From the NCBI GenBank assembly GCA_963700745.1, contig CAVOYT010000012.1, positions 350,408-414,407 of the forward strand: DNA of 64,000 nucleotides, given 5' to 3'. Each line of letters starts with the position of its first letter. The first letter of the stretch is position 1. Both the position numbers and the translations under genes were made by a program. The notes under the pieces are model-generated. The model was not told the origin of the DNA and ran no database searches. It saw only the letters and a list, made by a program, of their open reading frames with translations. Below, one piece after another: positions 41,990 to 53,960 of this stretch. Source of the stretch: an uncultured bacterium (GTDB lineage: Bacteria > Actinomycetota > Actinomycetes > S36-B12).

Positions 41990-42932
41990 CTAGCGGCGGT
42001 TCCTCGACGCTACGACCACTGCGGCGAACGTCATTCCCAGGCCGATCAGCAGGTGCCAGCCGACGCTCGTGCCGGGAGTCGGCACGAAGAGGTCGAGCAG
42101 GAACGCGCCCGTCAGCTGCCCGAGGACCGACAGCAGCGAGAACACCAGCACCCCGAGCACGGGGACGACCCAGGCGGCGCCCGCGATCACCGATAGGCCG
42201 AGAATGCCGCCGAGGTATGCCCACCACGGCGCCCCCCACGGATCCGGGATCCGCGTCTGCACGACGAGCATCGCGCGCGAGCAGGAACACGGACAGCATG
42301 ACGACCCCGCCGAGGAAGTTGACGAAGGCGGCCGCGAACGGGCTGCGCGCCCGCACCGCTACCCGTCCATTCGCGGCCTGCTGCGGCGCGATGACGAACC
42401 CGGCGAGGAAGGCAAGGACCGCGTAGCCGATGGCGCCCGTGGTCGACTGGAGGCGATCCGAGATGGCGATGCCCACCGCGAGCACCGCCATGATCGATGC
42501 GACGACGCGGTTCCAGGTGATCTGCCGCACGCCCGACGCGCTGATGCCGAGGCGATCCACCAGCAGCGAGCCCGTCGTCTGCCCGGCAACGACGCCGACG
42601 GAGAACACGGCCACCCCGACGAGGGGAACGGTGATCGCCTGCGTGATGAGGAACAGGCCGCCGAAGACGCCGCCCGTGAGCGTCGCCAGCGGAAGCGAGC
42701 CCTCGCGGATCCCGGCGCGGACGTCTCCCAGGCCGCGCCGGGTCGGCCGGTGCACAACCACGATGACGGCCAGGACCGCGAGTCCGGTGACCATGGTCCA
42801 CCAGGCCGGATAGAGGCCGGTGTCCCCGTGCACCGCGAGCTCGCCGTTGACCCTCGACTGGACGGCGATGAGCGACCCCAGCGCCACCGTCACCGACGCC
42901 GGGAGGATGGGGAGGCGACCCTGCGTGCTCAT
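41990..42932 (-). CDS. DMT-superfamily (YdcZ/DUF606-like) membrane protein (indel near 42275)
   Basis: QSRVNGEL, GQTTGSLLVD, QQAANG and WWAYLGG motifs. Confidence 0.8.
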
Positions 42933-43869
42933 GTGCGCCGCCGTGCGGCCACCAGGACGGCCACGAAGGCCAGCAGGACACCGGCAACGAGCGACCATTG
43001 CAGCCGATTCGATCCGACCGGCGCCACCAGGTCGAGGCCGAGGGCCGCCGTCAGCTGACCAGCGACGGTGATCAGCGCGAACAGGAGCACCCCGTAGCGG
43101 GGCACCGCCCATGCGGCCGTGACGATGAAGGTGAGGCCGAACACCCCACCGAGGTACATCCAGAACGGTCCATCCGTCGGGACCGGACCGACGCACCGAG
43201 GAGCAGCAGTCCGATCACCGCCCCGATCAGGAGCGCCATCGTTCCGAAGAGGAAGTTCACCCACGTCGTGGAGATCGGCTGCCGGGACGCGACATTGACA
43301 CGTCCGTTGAGGGCCTGCTGCACCGCCACGAGGCATCCTCCGGCGAACGCCGCCAGGAGCGCCGGAATCGACAGCTCCGACACCGACGGGCGCCCGGCAG
43401 CCGCCACCACGACGGCCAGCGTGGCCAGCACAGCCGCCACCACTCGTCCGGACGTGAGCGCCGTCTTCCCGATCGGGCTCAGGCCGACGCGATCGACCAG
43501 CAGCGAGTTCGCGATCTGCCCGGCGACCATGCCGACCGAGAAGAGCGCGACGCCCACGAGAGCGGTGGAGTAGCTCTGCAGCCCGATGAAGATGCCGCCG
43601 AGGATCCCGGTGGGAACGGCCCACCACGCGAGCTGGCCGGACCGGACCGCCGGGATGATGCGGCGGACCCCCGACCGAACGGTCGGCGCGAGCAGCACGA
43701 CCGCACTCAGGAGGACGAACCCGCTGCCGAACGAGAACAGGGCGGCTTGCACGCCGTTGCCGATGTGCAGGGTGAGCTCGCCATTGGCTCGGGCCTGCAA
43801 CGCGTTCATGAACCCGCTGAGCACGAAGATGACGGCGAACGCCGCCAGGCCCAGCGGGCGAGCCGCCAT
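42929..43869 (-). CDS. DMT-superfamily (YdcZ/DUF606-like) membrane protein, tandem paralogue (indel near 43190)
   Basis: QARANGEL, GQIANSLLVD, QQALNG and WMYLGG motifs. Confidence 0.8.
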
Positions 43870-45434
43870 CAGTGGAAGAAGTGGCGCGTGCCCGTGACGT
43901 ACATCGTCACGCCCGCTGCCCGAGCGGACGCGAACACCTCCTCGTCGCGGACCGAGCCGCCCGGCTGCACGACGGCCTTGACGCCAGCCTGCAGCAGGAC
44001 CTCCAGACCGTCCGGGAACGGGAAGAACGCGTCGGAGGCCGCCACCGAACCGGTCACCCGGTCTCCTGCGCGCTCCACGGAGAGTCGCGCGGAGTCGACC
44101 CGGTTGACCTGGCCCATGCCGACGCCGACAGCAGCCCCATTGCGGGCGAGCAGGATCGCGTTCGACTTCACCGCTCTGACCGAGCGCCAGGCGAACTCGA
44201 GGTCGCGCATCGTCTCTCGGTCTGCCGCCTCGCCGGACACGAGCTGCCAGGTCGAGGGATCGTCGCCGTCGGCATCGACCGCGTCCGCACCCTGCACGAG
44301 CAGGCCACCCGAGATCGATCGGGACTCCGCGTGCGAGCCCATGTGTGGGCCCTCAACCTGCAGGACCCGCAGGTTCTTCTTGGCCGACAGCAATTCCAGT
44401 GCCTGCGGGTCGTAGGCGGGCGCCACGATGACCTCGGTGAAGACGTCGGCCATGGCCTCGGCCAGTTCGACGGACACCTCGCGGTTCGTCGCCACCACGC
44501 CGCCGAACGCCGAGACCGGGTCGGTGTCGAATGCCTTGCGGTATGCCTCGGCGATGTCGAGACCGACGGCGATGCCGCACGGATTGGCGTGCTTGATGAT
44601 CGCGACGGCAGGCTCGAGATGGTCGAACGCCGCCCGCCGGGCCGCATCCGCGTCGACGTAGTTGTTGTACGACATCTGCTTGCCCTGCAGCTGACGGGCG
44701 CCGGCGAGGGCGGGCTCATGGTGCGCGGACAGGTAGACCGCGGCGTCCTGGTGCGGATTCTCGCCGTAGCGCAGGACGTCGCCGCGTCGCCATGCGGCAC
44801 CGAGCCACCGCGGGAAGCCTGCGCCGTCCGGGTCCGGAGCGACGACACTTCCCAGCCAGGAGGCCACGGCGATGTCGTAGGTGGCCGTGTGGGCGAATGC
44901 GTCCACCGCCAGCGTCGCTCGCTGCTCGAGGGTGAAGCCTCCTGCCGCGACCGCCTCGAGAACGCTGGCGTAGCCGTCGGGCGAGGTGACGATCGCCACG
45001 TTGGCGTAGTTCTTCGCGGACGCGCGCACCATCGCTGGGCCGCCGATGTCGATCTGCTCGACGCAGTCGTCGATGCCGGCCCCCGACGACACCGTGCGCT
45101 CGAAGGGGTACAGGTTCACGACCACGAGCTCGAACGCGAGGATGCCGAGATCCTCGAGCTGCTCGCGGTGCGAATCCTTGCGCAGGTCGGCAAGCAGGCC
45201 CCCGTGGATGTGGGGGTGGAGTGTCTTGACCCGGCCGTCCAGAGTCTCCGGGAAGCCGGTGACGTCGCCGACCGCGGTCACCGGCACACCGGCCGCCGCG
45301 ATCGTGGCGGCCGTGGAACCGGTCGACACGATCTCCACGCCGGCCAGCGACAGCCCGCGGGCGAGCTCTTCCAGTCCGGTCTTGTCGTACACCGAGACCA
45401 AGGCCCTTCGGACTGCGCGTCGGGTGTCGCTCAC
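43869..45434 (-). CDS. purH: Bifunctional AICAR transformylase/IMP cyclohydrolase
   Basis: [41 protein letters not shown] and TGTRHFFH; GTG start at 45434. Confidence 0.97.
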   Translation of the reverse strand: MSDTRRAVRRALVSVYDKTGLEELARGLSLAGVEIVSTGSTAATIAAAGVPVTAVGDVTGFPETLDGRVKTLHPHIHGGLLADLRKDSHREQLEDLGILAFELVVVNLYPFERTVSSGAGIDDCVEQIDIGGPAMVRASAKNYANVAIVTSPDGYASVLEAVAAGGFTLEQRATLAVDAFAHTATYDIAVASWLGSVVAPDPDGAGFPRWLGAAWRRGDVLRYGENPHQDAAVYLSAHHEPALAGARQLQGKQMSYNNYVDADAARRAAFDHLEPAVAIIKHANPCGIAVGLDIAEAYRKAFDTDPVSAFGGVVATNREVSVELAEAMADVFTEVIVAPAYDPQALELLSAKKNLRVLQVEGPHMGSHAESRSISGGLLVQGADAVDADGDDPSTWQLVSGEAADRETMRDLEFAWRSVRAVKSNAILLARNGAAVGVGMGQVNRVDSARLSVERAGDRVTGSVAASDAFFPFPDGLEVLLQAGVKAVVQPGGSVRDEEVFASARAAGVTMYVTGTRHFFH

Positions 45435-46006
45435 TCGTCTTCTCCGATCAGTAGTGCCAGGGTCTGTACCAGCAGGGGACGTTCGAGCTCCTTTATGCGT
45501 TCGTGCAGGTCCGCCTCGTCCTCTCCGGGGTGGATCGCCAGGGCTCGCTGGGCGAGGATCGGACCGGTATCGACGCCATCGTCGACGAGGTGGACGGTGC
45601 ATCCGGTGACCTTCACGCCGTGGGCGACCGCATCACGCACCGCGTGGGCCCCGGGGAAGGACGGCAGCAGCGCGGGGTGGGTGTTGACGATCCGGCCACG
45701 GAACCGCGTCACGAACGCCGGGCCGAGGATGCGCATGAACCCCGCGCAGACGACCCATGACGGCTCGTAGGCGGCCACCTGCGTGGTGAGGGCGTCATTC
45801 CATGCGGCCCGGTCCGGGAAGTCGGTGGGCACCAGCGTGAACACCGGGATGCCGACGTCACGGGCCCGGTCCAGGGCCATCGCCGACGGGTCATCGCTAC
45901 CGACGGCCACGATGCGCGCATCCAGGGTGCCAGCGCTGGCCGCCTCGATGAGGCTCTGGAGCAATGTGCCGGTCCCGGACGCGAGGACCACGAGGCGAGC
46001 CGGCAC
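45431..46006 (-). CDS. purN: Phosphoribosylglycinamide formyltransferase
   Basis: [21 protein letters not shown] and HLVD.GVDTGP motifs. Confidence 0.96.
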   Translation of the reverse strand: MPARLVVLASGTGTLLQSLIEAASAGTLDARIVAVGSDDPSAMALDRARDVGIPVFTLVPTDFPDRAAWNDALTTQVAAYEPSWVVCAGFMRILGPAFVTRFRGRIVNTHPALLPSFPGAHAVRDAVAHGVKVTGCTVHLVDDGVDTGPILAQRALAIHPGEDEADLHERIKELERPLLVQTLALLIGEDE

Positions 46007-46047
46007 AGGGGAACCCTATCCAGCGAGGCGCAGGACCCCCGTCCGGG

Positions 46048-46785
46048 TCAGATCACCGACTCGGAGTTGAACTGCCGGTACATGTGCGCGGTGAACAGCG
46101 CCGCGAAGGGCAGGGTCACGAGGGTCAGGAGCCCGAAGAACAGCCCGCCGAGGAGCTGCACGAGGACATTGATGATCGTCATCATCAAGGCAGGACCGAC
46201 GTTGCGGGTGACCGCCTGATAGCTGGCCTTCATGGCGTCGCCGACGCTAAGCCCCTTGTCCAGGATGTAGTAGGGGCCGAGCTGGAGAACGAAGAAGACG
46301 ACCAGCCCCGGGAGGATGCACAGGATCAGCCCGACGGTGCCGAGGATCGCGAAGACGATCATGTAGAGGATGTACCGGCCGAGGTACTGGGTGGTGAACA
46401 TCTCCGAGAAGCTCGGCGCGACTCCCTGCGTGCTGCGGATCGCCGCGCGCTGCACGCCGATCTGGGCGATGAACGCCAGGAGCGCGAAGGCCAGAGAGAT
46501 GACGATGGCCACGAGGGCGGACAGCCCGAGTGCCGCGGTACATGCGTTCAGCTGGCCCGGGCTCTCGGGATTCGAGCAGTCGACGATGATGTTCTGCAGC
46601 GAGTTCGTGCCGACGTTCTGGAACACGTAGATCGCGGTGACGACGGCCGCCAGTCCAACGAACGCGGCCGCATTGGCCTTGAACCGGTCGAACGCCCACG
46701 AGATCGCGGCGCCGATGTCAACTCGTGGCCCACCTCCGCCGGGCGGCGGTGCCGGCAGGTTCCCGGGTGGGGTCTGATCAGCCAT
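46048..46785 (-). CDS. Pro-rich-N-terminus integral membrane protein
   Basis: Several hydrophobic helices; LILCILPG motif; codon-consistent ORF. Confidence 0.75.
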   Translation of the reverse strand: MADQTPPGNLPAPPPGGGGPRVDIGAAISWAFDRFKANAAAFVGLAAVVTAIYVFQNVGTNSLQNIIVDCSNPESPGQLNACTAALGLSALVAIVISLAFALLAFIAQIGVQRAAIRSTQGVAPSFSEMFTTQYLGRYILYMIVFAILGTVGLILCILPGLVVFFVLQLGPYYILDKGLSVGDAMKASYQAVTRNVGPALMMTIINVLVQLLGGLFFGLLTLVTLPFAALFTAHMYRQFNSESVI

Positions 46786-46797
46786 GGTGGGGTCCTC

Positions 46798-48142
46798 TCA
46801 CGGGGTGTCGTCTTCGACGGTATCGGTCGCAGCAGGCGCATGGGGCGGATCGGCGACAGCCAGCGAGGGACGGTCTGGAGGGGAGGGGATGACGGCACTC
46901 GGGGCGGCCCCCAGCACGACGAGAACGGCCCCCAGCACGCCCACCGTCAGTGGGACGGGGCCCAGATGAGCGAGGCGGACGTCCCCCAGCGCACCCGAGG
47001 CGAGGAAGGCCCCCGCTGCCAGCACGCATCCGGCGATCGCGGCCGATCCGGCCGCCATGGCCAGGCGCACCAACCGTTGCTCCTGCCGCGCTCGACGGCC
47101 GATCAGCACTCCAGCGACCACCCCGGCCAATACGCCCGCCAGCGGCAGGAGCCACGCCGCGGGGCTCGTCGTCTGCGGAATCGCGGCGAGCAACGGGAAC
47201 GGCGGGAGCGTGGTCGGCGCGGTGACGGCGACGAACGGGGACACCGTGATCGCCGGTCCGATGACGACTCCCGCACCCATCGCATACGACGCCCCCCACA
47301 TGGCCATGACCGGCGTGTAGGCAACGCCCAGTGCCAGTAGGCCAAGGCCGCCCAGGAAGCCTGTGCGCAGTGACTGCGACATGGTGATCGCATCGTCCAC
47401 ATGCAGGACGAGGGAGATCGTGGCGGCGATGGCCCCGATGCCGATCACCGTGACGGCGGCGACCAGTCCGGCCCGCACGACGACCCCGAGCCAGCCCGGA
47501 AGAAGCGTCTCGGCCCCGGCACGGTAGGCAGCCCGCGCGGCCCCCCAGCCCATGCCGAGCAGCGCCAGGGCGAAGCCGTAGGCGGCTGCGTGCCCCAGTG
47601 TCACGGACGATGACGCTCGCGCAGTGGCCAGTGCGGCGCCCGCGACGACCAGGCCGTAGGTGAGCGCCCCGGTCGAGCACGACCGTCACCACCTGGCGCG
47701 GCGTGCGCGCCGCGCTGCGCCTGGCTGCCCAGCCGCCCGAGTAGCCGAGCAGGAGCAGCGGAATCAGCGCCAACCCCCACGGCATCAGCGAGTAGGTGAC
47801 ACCGGACAGCACTACCGGTGCGCCGTGGGCGACGACCCACAGCAGGCCGGCGACGTGCAGCGACTCCAGCCAAGTCAGGCCCGACTGGGGGGTCGCCATC
47901 CATACGATGAGCAAGGGAATCGCGGCGAGGCCGAACCCGATCATCGCCGACCACAGGGCCGCCAGCGCGCCCATCAGCCAGGTCGGGGGGATCGACCCGC
48001 TCCGTACCCGAGGCAGGCGGCGTGTCCCCGACCGGACCCGCGTGCCGAAGGCACCCACCACCCTGCCCACTCGGTGGGGTGCCTTCCCCTTCGGTGCGGA
48101 GGCCTCCTGCGGCGCCGTCGGCGGCAGCGTCGGTGCAGTCAC
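46798..48142 (-). CDS. DUF6350/PerM-like membrane protein (indel near 47670)
   Basis: W..AHG, PWGL, YTP...WGASY..G.G and P.FPLLAA.P pattern; conserved position between sucD and purN. Confidence 0.75.
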
Positions 48143-48205
48143 CAGCCCAGAATCTCAGCCCGAGAGCGCCGATCCGGTGACCGCCACGCGCCTGCCCGGG
48201 CTGGG

Positions 48206-49006
48206 CTAGTTCTCGTTCTCGCCTCCCATCACGTTCTGGTCCCAGTCGATGACGGACCCGGTCACCAGGCCCGACCCGTCGGACAGGAGGTAGACGATCA
48301 TGTCGGCGATCTCCTTCGGGTCGCCGAGCCGACCTGCTGGGAGGTCACGTCCCGCCTCGGCCAGCCAGCCGTCCTCCGCATCGTGGAAGCGCCGCTGGAC
48401 GGCGTCCTCCCCCTCGGTGGCGGTCCAGCCGATATTGAGGCCGTTGACGCGGATCCGGTCGTACCGATGCGCATGGGCCACATTGCGCGTCAGTGCGGCC
48501 AGCCCGCCCTTCGACGCGACGTACGGGGCGAGGATCCGACTGCCGGTGTGGGACGAGATGGAGATCACGTTCACGATCGTTCCGGCGGCGTCGCGAGCCA
48601 GCATGTCGCGGACCGCCGCCTGCATGATGAAGAAGGGACCGCGCAGGTTGATCGCCACGTGCGCGTCGAACATCTCCGGCGTCGTGTCCAGCAGCGAGCC
48701 ACGGTCCGTCAATGCGGCAGCGTTGACGACGCAGTCGACGCGTCCGAACGTGTCGATGACCGTGGCAACGCAGGCTGCGGCCTGCTCAACGACGCCGACG
48801 TCGGTGCGGATGAAGAGCGGCTCGGTCCCGAGCTCGTCGAGCTCGTCGACCAGCGGGCCGGCCACCTCAGGGCGACGCCCGGTCACGATCACGGCCTCCG
48901 CCCCGCACCCTGCGGCCGTTCGTGCTGCGGCCGCCCCGACTCCCTGCGTCCCTCCGCTGACCAGAACGATCTTTCCCGACAAGGCATCCTCGCGCAGCAC
49001 CGTCAT
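48206..49006 (-). CDS. SDR oxidoreductase
   Basis: SGGTQGVG, VNAA, YVASK and NIGW motifs; ATG at 49006. Confidence 0.88.
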   Translation of the reverse strand: MTVLREDALSGKIVLVSGGTQGVGAAAARTAAGCGAEAVIVTGRRPEVAGPLVDELDELGTEPLFIRTDVGVVEQAAACVATVIDTFGRVDCVVNAAALTDRGSLLDTTPEMFDAHVAINLRGPFFIMQAAVRDMLARDAAGTIVNVISISSHTGSRILAPYVASKGGLAALTRNVAHAHRYDRIRVNGLNIGWTATEGEDAVQRRFHDAEDGWLAEAGRDLPAGRLGDPKEIADMIVYLLSDGSGLVTGSVIDWDQNVMGGENEN

Positions 49007-49023
49007 GCAGGTAGTGAACCAGT

Positions 49024-49773
49024 TCAGCCGTGAATGATCAGCCACACCGATGCCACGGCGCTGAGCGACAGCGCAACGTTGGTGAACACCCGCTCGTTCA
49101 TGCGGGAGAAGATCGCGTAACCCACCAGCGCACCGACCACCACGACCGGGATGAACCAGAGGTCCGCAAGGAGGGTCTCGGTGTTCAGGAAGCCGAGTCC
49201 GACGAGGATCGGCACCTTGATGGCATTCAGCACGAAGAAGAACCACGCGAAGGTCCCCATGAACGCGAGCATCGTGACACGCATGTTGATGAGGTACAGG
49301 GTCATCGCCGTGCCGCCTGCGTTCGCCGCCATCGTCGTCATGCCGGCCAACGTGCCGAAGAAGCCGACTGCCAGCTTGTTGGGCGGCGCGTCCTCGGCCT
49401 GACGCGGGAATCGTCGGCGCCACACCTCGAGGCCGACGGACGCCAGGATGAGCACGCCGATGACCCGTCCCAGGGTCGAGGTGTCGACGAAGCGGAACAG
49501 CAGCGCGGTGAGCACGATGCCGAGCAGGACGCCCGGGATGAGGCGGAAGATCAGCGGCCAGTTCACGTGCTGCCGGTATCGCGCGAGCGCGAACATGTCA
49601 CCGAGAAGGAGCAGCGGCATGATGAAGCCGGAGGCGGCCGTCGCACCGAGTGCAGCCGCGAGCAGGGGGCCGGCGAGCACCCCCGCCACCGGCATGGCGG
49701 TCTTGGAGAACCCGTAGAGGAAGACGCCGATCGTGACGATCGCGATCAGCAGGGGCGTCCAGGTCTCCGGCAT
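49024..49773 (-). CDS. TauE/SafE sulfite-exporter-family membrane protein
   Basis: GFSKTA, PLLLLGD, ANAGG and N..KVP motifs; hydrophobic throughout. Confidence 0.8.
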   Translation of the reverse strand: MPETWTPLLIAIVTIGVFLYGFSKTAMPVAGVLAGPLLAAALGATAASGFIMPLLLLGDMFALARYRQHVNWPLIFRLIPGVLLGIVLTALLFRFVDTSTLGRVIGVLILASVGLEVWRRRFPRQAEDAPPNKLAVGFFGTLAGMTTMAANAGGTAMTLYLINMRVTMLAFMGTFAWFFFVLNAIKVPILVGLGFLNTETLLADLWFIPVVVVGALVGYAIFSRMNERVFTNVALSLSAVASVWLIIHG

Positions 49774-49804
49774 CGCCCCTTCCTCCCAGCCCTCCTCGTG
49801 CGGG

Positions 49805-50674
49805 CTAGGAGGTCATCAGGTCGCGCATGAGGTCGGCCGTGGCGGACGGGGTCTTGCCGACCTTGACGCCGACCGCCTCGAGGGCCTCCTGCTTCGCGGC
49901 TGCCGTGCCGGCCGAGCCGGACACGATCGCTCCCGCGTGACCCATCGTCTTACCCTCGGGAGCGGTGAAGCCGGCCACGTAGCCGACGACCGGCTTGGTG
50001 ACGTTGTCCTTGATGTACGCGGCCGCCCGCTCCTCGGCGTCGCCGCCGATCTCGCCGATCATGACGATGGCATCGGTCTCGGGGTCGGCCTGGAACGCGG
50101 CGAGGCAGTCGATGTGGGTCGTCCCGATGATCGGGTCGCCGCCGATGCCGACGCAGGTGGAGAAGCCGAGGTCCCGAAGCTCGTACATCATCTGGTACGT
50201 CAGCGTGCCGGACTTCGACACCAGTCCGATGCGACCGGCCTTGGTGATGGAGGCCGGGATGATGCCCGCATTGGACCTGCCGGGGCTGATGATGCCCGGG
50301 CAGTTGGGCCCGATGATGCGCGTGGTCCCGGCATTGACGGCGTACTGGAAGAACTGCGCAGTGTCGTGGACCGGGATGCCCTCGGTGATCACCACGCACA
50401 GCGGCAGCGCCGCGTCCACGGCCTCCTCGACCGCTGCCTTCGCGAAGCGCGGCGGCACGAACACCACCGACACATTGGCGCCCGTGGCGTCCATGGCCGC
50501 GGCGACATCGTTGAACACGGGGATGCCGTCGACCTCCTGACCGGCCTTGCCCGGCGTGACGCCGGCGACGATCTGCGCGCCGGACTTCACCATGAGACGG
50601 GTGTGCTTGGTGCCCTCGGAGCCGGTCATGCCCTGCACGAGGATGCGGCTGTTCTCGTCCAACCAGATCGCCAT
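49805..50674 (-). CDS. sucD: Succinyl-CoA synthetase alpha subunit
   Basis: [22 protein letters not shown] and MGHAGA motifs. Confidence 0.97.
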   Translation of the reverse strand: MAIWLDENSRILVQGMTGSEGTKHTRLMVKSGAQIVAGVTPGKAGQEVDGIPVFNDVAAAMDATGANVSVVFVPPRFAKAAVEEAVDAALPLCVVITEGIPVHDTAQFFQYAVNAGTTRIIGPNCPGIISPGRSNAGIIPASITKAGRIGLVSKSGTLTYQMMYELRDLGFSTCVGIGGDPIIGTTHIDCLAAFQADPETDAIVMIGEIGGDAEERAAAYIKDNVTKPVVGYVAGFTAPEGKTMGHAGAIVSGSAGTAAAKQEALEAVGVKVGKTPSATADLMRDLMTS

Positions 50675-50685
50675 TGCGCGTGCCC

Positions 50686-51873
50686 CTACTTCCCGGCCTT
50701 GCGAGCGGCGGCCAGTTCGGCCACCCGTCGCGCAGCGCCATCCATGGTGTCGACAAGCTCGATGAGGTCGTGCTCGGCCTCGTTCAGGATGCGCCGACCC
50801 TCCTCCGCATTGTTGCCGTCGATCCGGCAGACGATCGGCTTGGTCACCGGCTCACCCTTGGCCGCCAGCATCTCCATGGCCTGAACGATGCCGTCGGCGA
50901 CGGCGTCGCAGGACGTGATGCCGCCGAACACATTGACGAACACCGCCTCGACCTCTGGATCGTTCAGGACGATGTCCAGGCCGTTCGCCATCACCTCGGC
51001 GCTCGCACCGCCCCCGATATCGAGGAAGTTCGCGGGCTTGATGCCGCCGAACTCCTCACCCGCGTAGGCGACCACGTCCAGGGTGCTCATGACCAGGCCG
51101 GCGCCGTTGCCCACGACCCCGACCTCGCCCTGCAACTTGACGTAGTTGAGGTCGAACTCCTGTGCGCGCAGCTCGATGGGGTCCGTGTTGTCCCGGTCGG
51201 CGAAGTCCGCATGCGAGGCATGCCGGTAGTGGGCGTTGTCGTCCAGTGTCACCTTGCCGTCGAGGGCCAGCACCTGACCCGTCGGCGTCAGGGCCAGCGG
51301 GTTGACCTCGACCAAGGTGGCGTCCTCGTCGACGAGCACGCGCCACAGCTTCTGCAGGATGTCCACGACCTGCGCCTTGACGGCCTCGGGGAACCGCGCC
51401 GCATCGGCGATCTCCTGGGCCTTCTCAGGAGTGCAGCCCTCGAGGGCATCGACCCGGATCATCGCGAGCTCATCGGGCCGCGTGGCCGCGACCTCTTCGA
51501 TCTCCACGCCGCCCGCGACGCTCGCCATCGCGAGGAACGACCGGTTCGCCCGGTCAAGCAGGAAGGACACGTAGTACTCGTCCGCGATGTCGCTTGCCTC
51601 GTTGACCAGGACCTTGTAGACGGTATGGCCCTTGATGTCCATCCCGAGGATGGCCCGGGCAATGCTCTGAGCCTCGTCGGGCTTGTCGGCCAGCTTCACG
51701 CCGCCGGCCTTGCCGCGACCGCCGGTCTTGACCTGAGCCTTGACCACGACCGGCGAGCCGATCTTCCGGGCCGCCTCCCGGGCCGCGTCAGCCGTACTGC
51801 ACACCTCGCCGGCCGTCACGGGCAGCTTGTGCTTCCCGAACAGGTGCTTCGCCTGGTACTCGTACAGATCCAC
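50686..51873 (-). CDS. sucC: Succinyl-CoA synthetase beta subunit
   Basis: [23 protein letters not shown] and ANFLDIGGG motifs. Confidence 0.97.
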   Translation of the reverse strand: MDLYEYQAKHLFGKHKLPVTAGEVCSTADAAREAARKIGSPVVVKAQVKTGGRGKAGGVKLADKPDEAQSIARAILGMDIKGHTVYKVLVNEASDIADEYYVSFLLDRANRSFLAMASVAGGVEIEEVAATRPDELAMIRVDALEGCTPEKAQEIADAARFPEAVKAQVVDILQKLWRVLVDEDATLVEVNPLALTPTGQVLALDGKVTLDDNAHYRHASHADFADRDNTDPIELRAQEFDLNYVKLQGEVGVVGNGAGLVMSTLDVVAYAGEEFGGIKPANFLDIGGGASAEVMANGLDIVLNDPEVEAVFVNVFGGITSCDAVADGIVQAMEMLAAKGEPVTKPIVCRIDGNNAEEGRRILNEAEHDLIELVDTMDGAARRVAELAAARKAGK

Positions 51874-51956
51874 GGGGACTCCTCCGGAAGAACACTAGGT
51901 GCAAGGACATCCAAGCAACCGGTGTTCCGCGAGCCTACCGATGCGGCCCGCTGACG

Positions 51957-52355
51957 TCATTCATGCGTCCTGTGATCTTCCACCCACCTGACGATCTCGC
52001 GGGTCGGGGTGCCCGGCGTGAATATCTCGGCCACCCCCATCTCGCGGAGCACCGGCAGGTCGTCCTCCGGGATGATGCCGCCACCGAAGACCACGATGTC
52101 GGTGGCGTCCTTGGCTCGCAGCAGGTCCATGACCTCGGCGAACAAGGTCAGGTGGGCGCCTGACAGCACCGACATGCCGATCATGTCGGCGTCCTCCTGG
52201 ATGGCCGCATCGACGATCTGGGCCGGCGTCTGGTGAAGGCCGGTGTACACGACCTCGATGCCGGCGTCCCGCAGGGCGCGCGCCACGACCTTCGCTCCGC
52301 GATCGTGGCCGTCGAGTCCCGGCTTGGCCACCACGACGCGAATCGGTGCCGACAT
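51957..52355 (-). CDS. Cobalamin-binding small subunit of an acyl-CoA mutase
   Basis: [10 protein letters not shown] (DxHxxG), SVLSGAH and GGIIP; ATG at 52355. Confidence 0.92.
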   Translation of the reverse strand: MSAPIRVVVAKPGLDGHDRGAKVVARALRDAGIEVVYTGLHQTPAQIVDAAIQEDADMIGMSVLSGAHLTLFAEVMDLLRAKDATDIVVFGGGIIPEDDLPVLREMGVAEIFTPGTPTREIVRWVEDHRTHE

Positions 52356-52446
52356 GCAGTCCTCCCACGGTGCTGGCGACGGCCTGTCGTGACCGCGCGC
52401 CGATGCCCGCACACTATCGCGGACCCGGGGTGAAAGACTCTGCCGT

Positions 52447-53040
52447 GTGACCCCGTCCGAGCCAGCACCGCGGATCCTCGCCCTCGGCGGCAGCACCACG
52501 CCGATGGCCGCCTCCGAACGGGCGCTGCGCATGGCGGCGCAGGCCGCATCGGACGCCGGCGGGCAGGTGGAGTTCCTCACGGGGCGCGCACTGATCCTGC
52601 CGATCTACGACACCGAGACCGCCGAGCGCTCCCCGGAGACCAAGGACTTCGTCGAGGCGCTGCGGCGGGCGGACGGGATCATCATCGCCAGCCCGGGCTA
52701 CCACGGGTCGTTCAGCGGGATGGTCAAGAACGCGCTCGACTACGCCGAGGACCTGCGACACGACGATCGCCCCTACCTGGACGACCGAGCCGTCGGGCTC
52801 ATCTCGGTCGCGCACGGCTGGCAGACCTCGGTGGGCACGCTGAACCAGCTGAGGCAGGTGGTTCACGCCCTGCGTGGCTGGCCGACTCCCCTCGGCGTGG
52901 CCATCAACGACTCGGCCGGGCTGATCGGCAATGACGCCGACTCCACAGACGCCGCCGTTGTGCGGCAACTGCACGCCATGGGAGAGCAGGTCGTCGCGTT
53001 CGCCACCGCCCGTGCCGCCGCAAGGCAGGAACGAGCATGA
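52447..53040 (+). CDS. NADPH-dependent FMN reductase
   Basis: GGS and [17 protein letters not shown] flavodoxin-like motifs. Confidence 0.88.
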   Translation: MTPSEPAPRILALGGSTTPMAASERALRMAAQAASDAGGQVEFLTGRALILPIYDTETAERSPETKDFVEALRRADGIIIASPGYHGSFSGMVKNALDYAEDLRHDDRPYLDDRAVGLISVAHGWQTSVGTLNQLRQVVHALRGWPTPLGVAINDSAGLIGNDADSTDAAVVRQLHAMGEQVVAFATARAAARQERA

Positions 53041-53960
53041 GCCTGCTCTCGACGATTCCGTCAGGTGCGCGAGCGCTGTGCTCCCCCACGGGCGTGGCCG
53101 GAGTGGCCGTTGAGGGCGTCTGGGTGGCACTGCACCTAGCCCTCTACCCCTGGGGCGTCCTGGAGGACCGGCTCGAGGAGGCCGCGCACCTCGGGGTGAC
53201 GCACCTTTCGCCCGTGCAGCGCGGCCTAATCCTCGGTGACGTCGAGGCGGCCGGCACGCCGATCATCCTGGTGCACGGGGTGGTCGACAACCGCAGCATC
53301 TTCACCCTGCTGCGACGCTCCCTGCGCCGTCGCGGATTCGGACGCACCTACGCACTCAACTACTCCCCCTTCACCGACGACATCGCTGACGTCGCCCGTC
53401 GCCTGGGGGCGCTGATCGAGGACGTGTGCGAGCAGACCGGGTACGAACGGGTCCACATCATCGGCCACTCCATGGGCGGCCTCATCGCCCGCTACTACGT
53501 CCAGCGGCTAGGCGGCGATGCCCACGTGCACACCGTCTGCACCCTCGGCACCCCGCACTGCGGCACTGTGCCGGCCCGGTACGTGCCGTGGCCGGTCATC
53601 CGGCAGATGCGTTCGGACAGCCCCATCCTCCGCGAGCTCGACGAGCCCGCGCCCGGCTGCCGGACCCGGTTCATCGCCATCTGGTCTGACCTCGACCAGC
53701 TCGTGCTGCCACATCGCAACGCCCGGATCCAGCACCCGGACCTCAAGGCCCGCAATGTCCTCATCCGGGGAATCGGGCACATGTCCCTTCCGGTCGATCG
53801 ACGGGTCGTCCACGAGATATCGACGGCGCTCGCGCAGCTCGACCACGACGGCAGTCAGCTGGAGTCCGGGGTCACCTCTATCGCCAGCACCCCCGGGCGG
53901 GCAGCCGGCAACTCGACTACAGCTTCTCCACCGGGGCGTACCTCAGCAACAACCGCTTGA
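53037..53960 (+). CDS. Lipase/esterase (alpha/beta hydrolase)
   Basis: LVHG, GHSMGG, LGTPH.G and GHMSL motifs. Confidence 0.88.
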   Translation: MSLLSTIPSGARALCSPTGVAGVAVEGVWVALHLALYPWGVLEDRLEEAAHLGVTHLSPVQRGLILGDVEAAGTPIILVHGVVDNRSIFTLLRRSLRRRGFGRTYALNYSPFTDDIADVARRLGALIEDVCEQTGYERVHIIGHSMGGLIARYYVQRLGGDAHVHTVCTLGTPHCGTVPARYVPWPVIRQMRSDSPILRELDEPAPGCRTRFIAIWSDLDQLVLPHRNARIQHPDLKARNVLIRGIGHMSLPVDRRVVHEISTALAQLDHDGSQLESGVTSIASTPGRAAGNSTTASPPGRTSATTA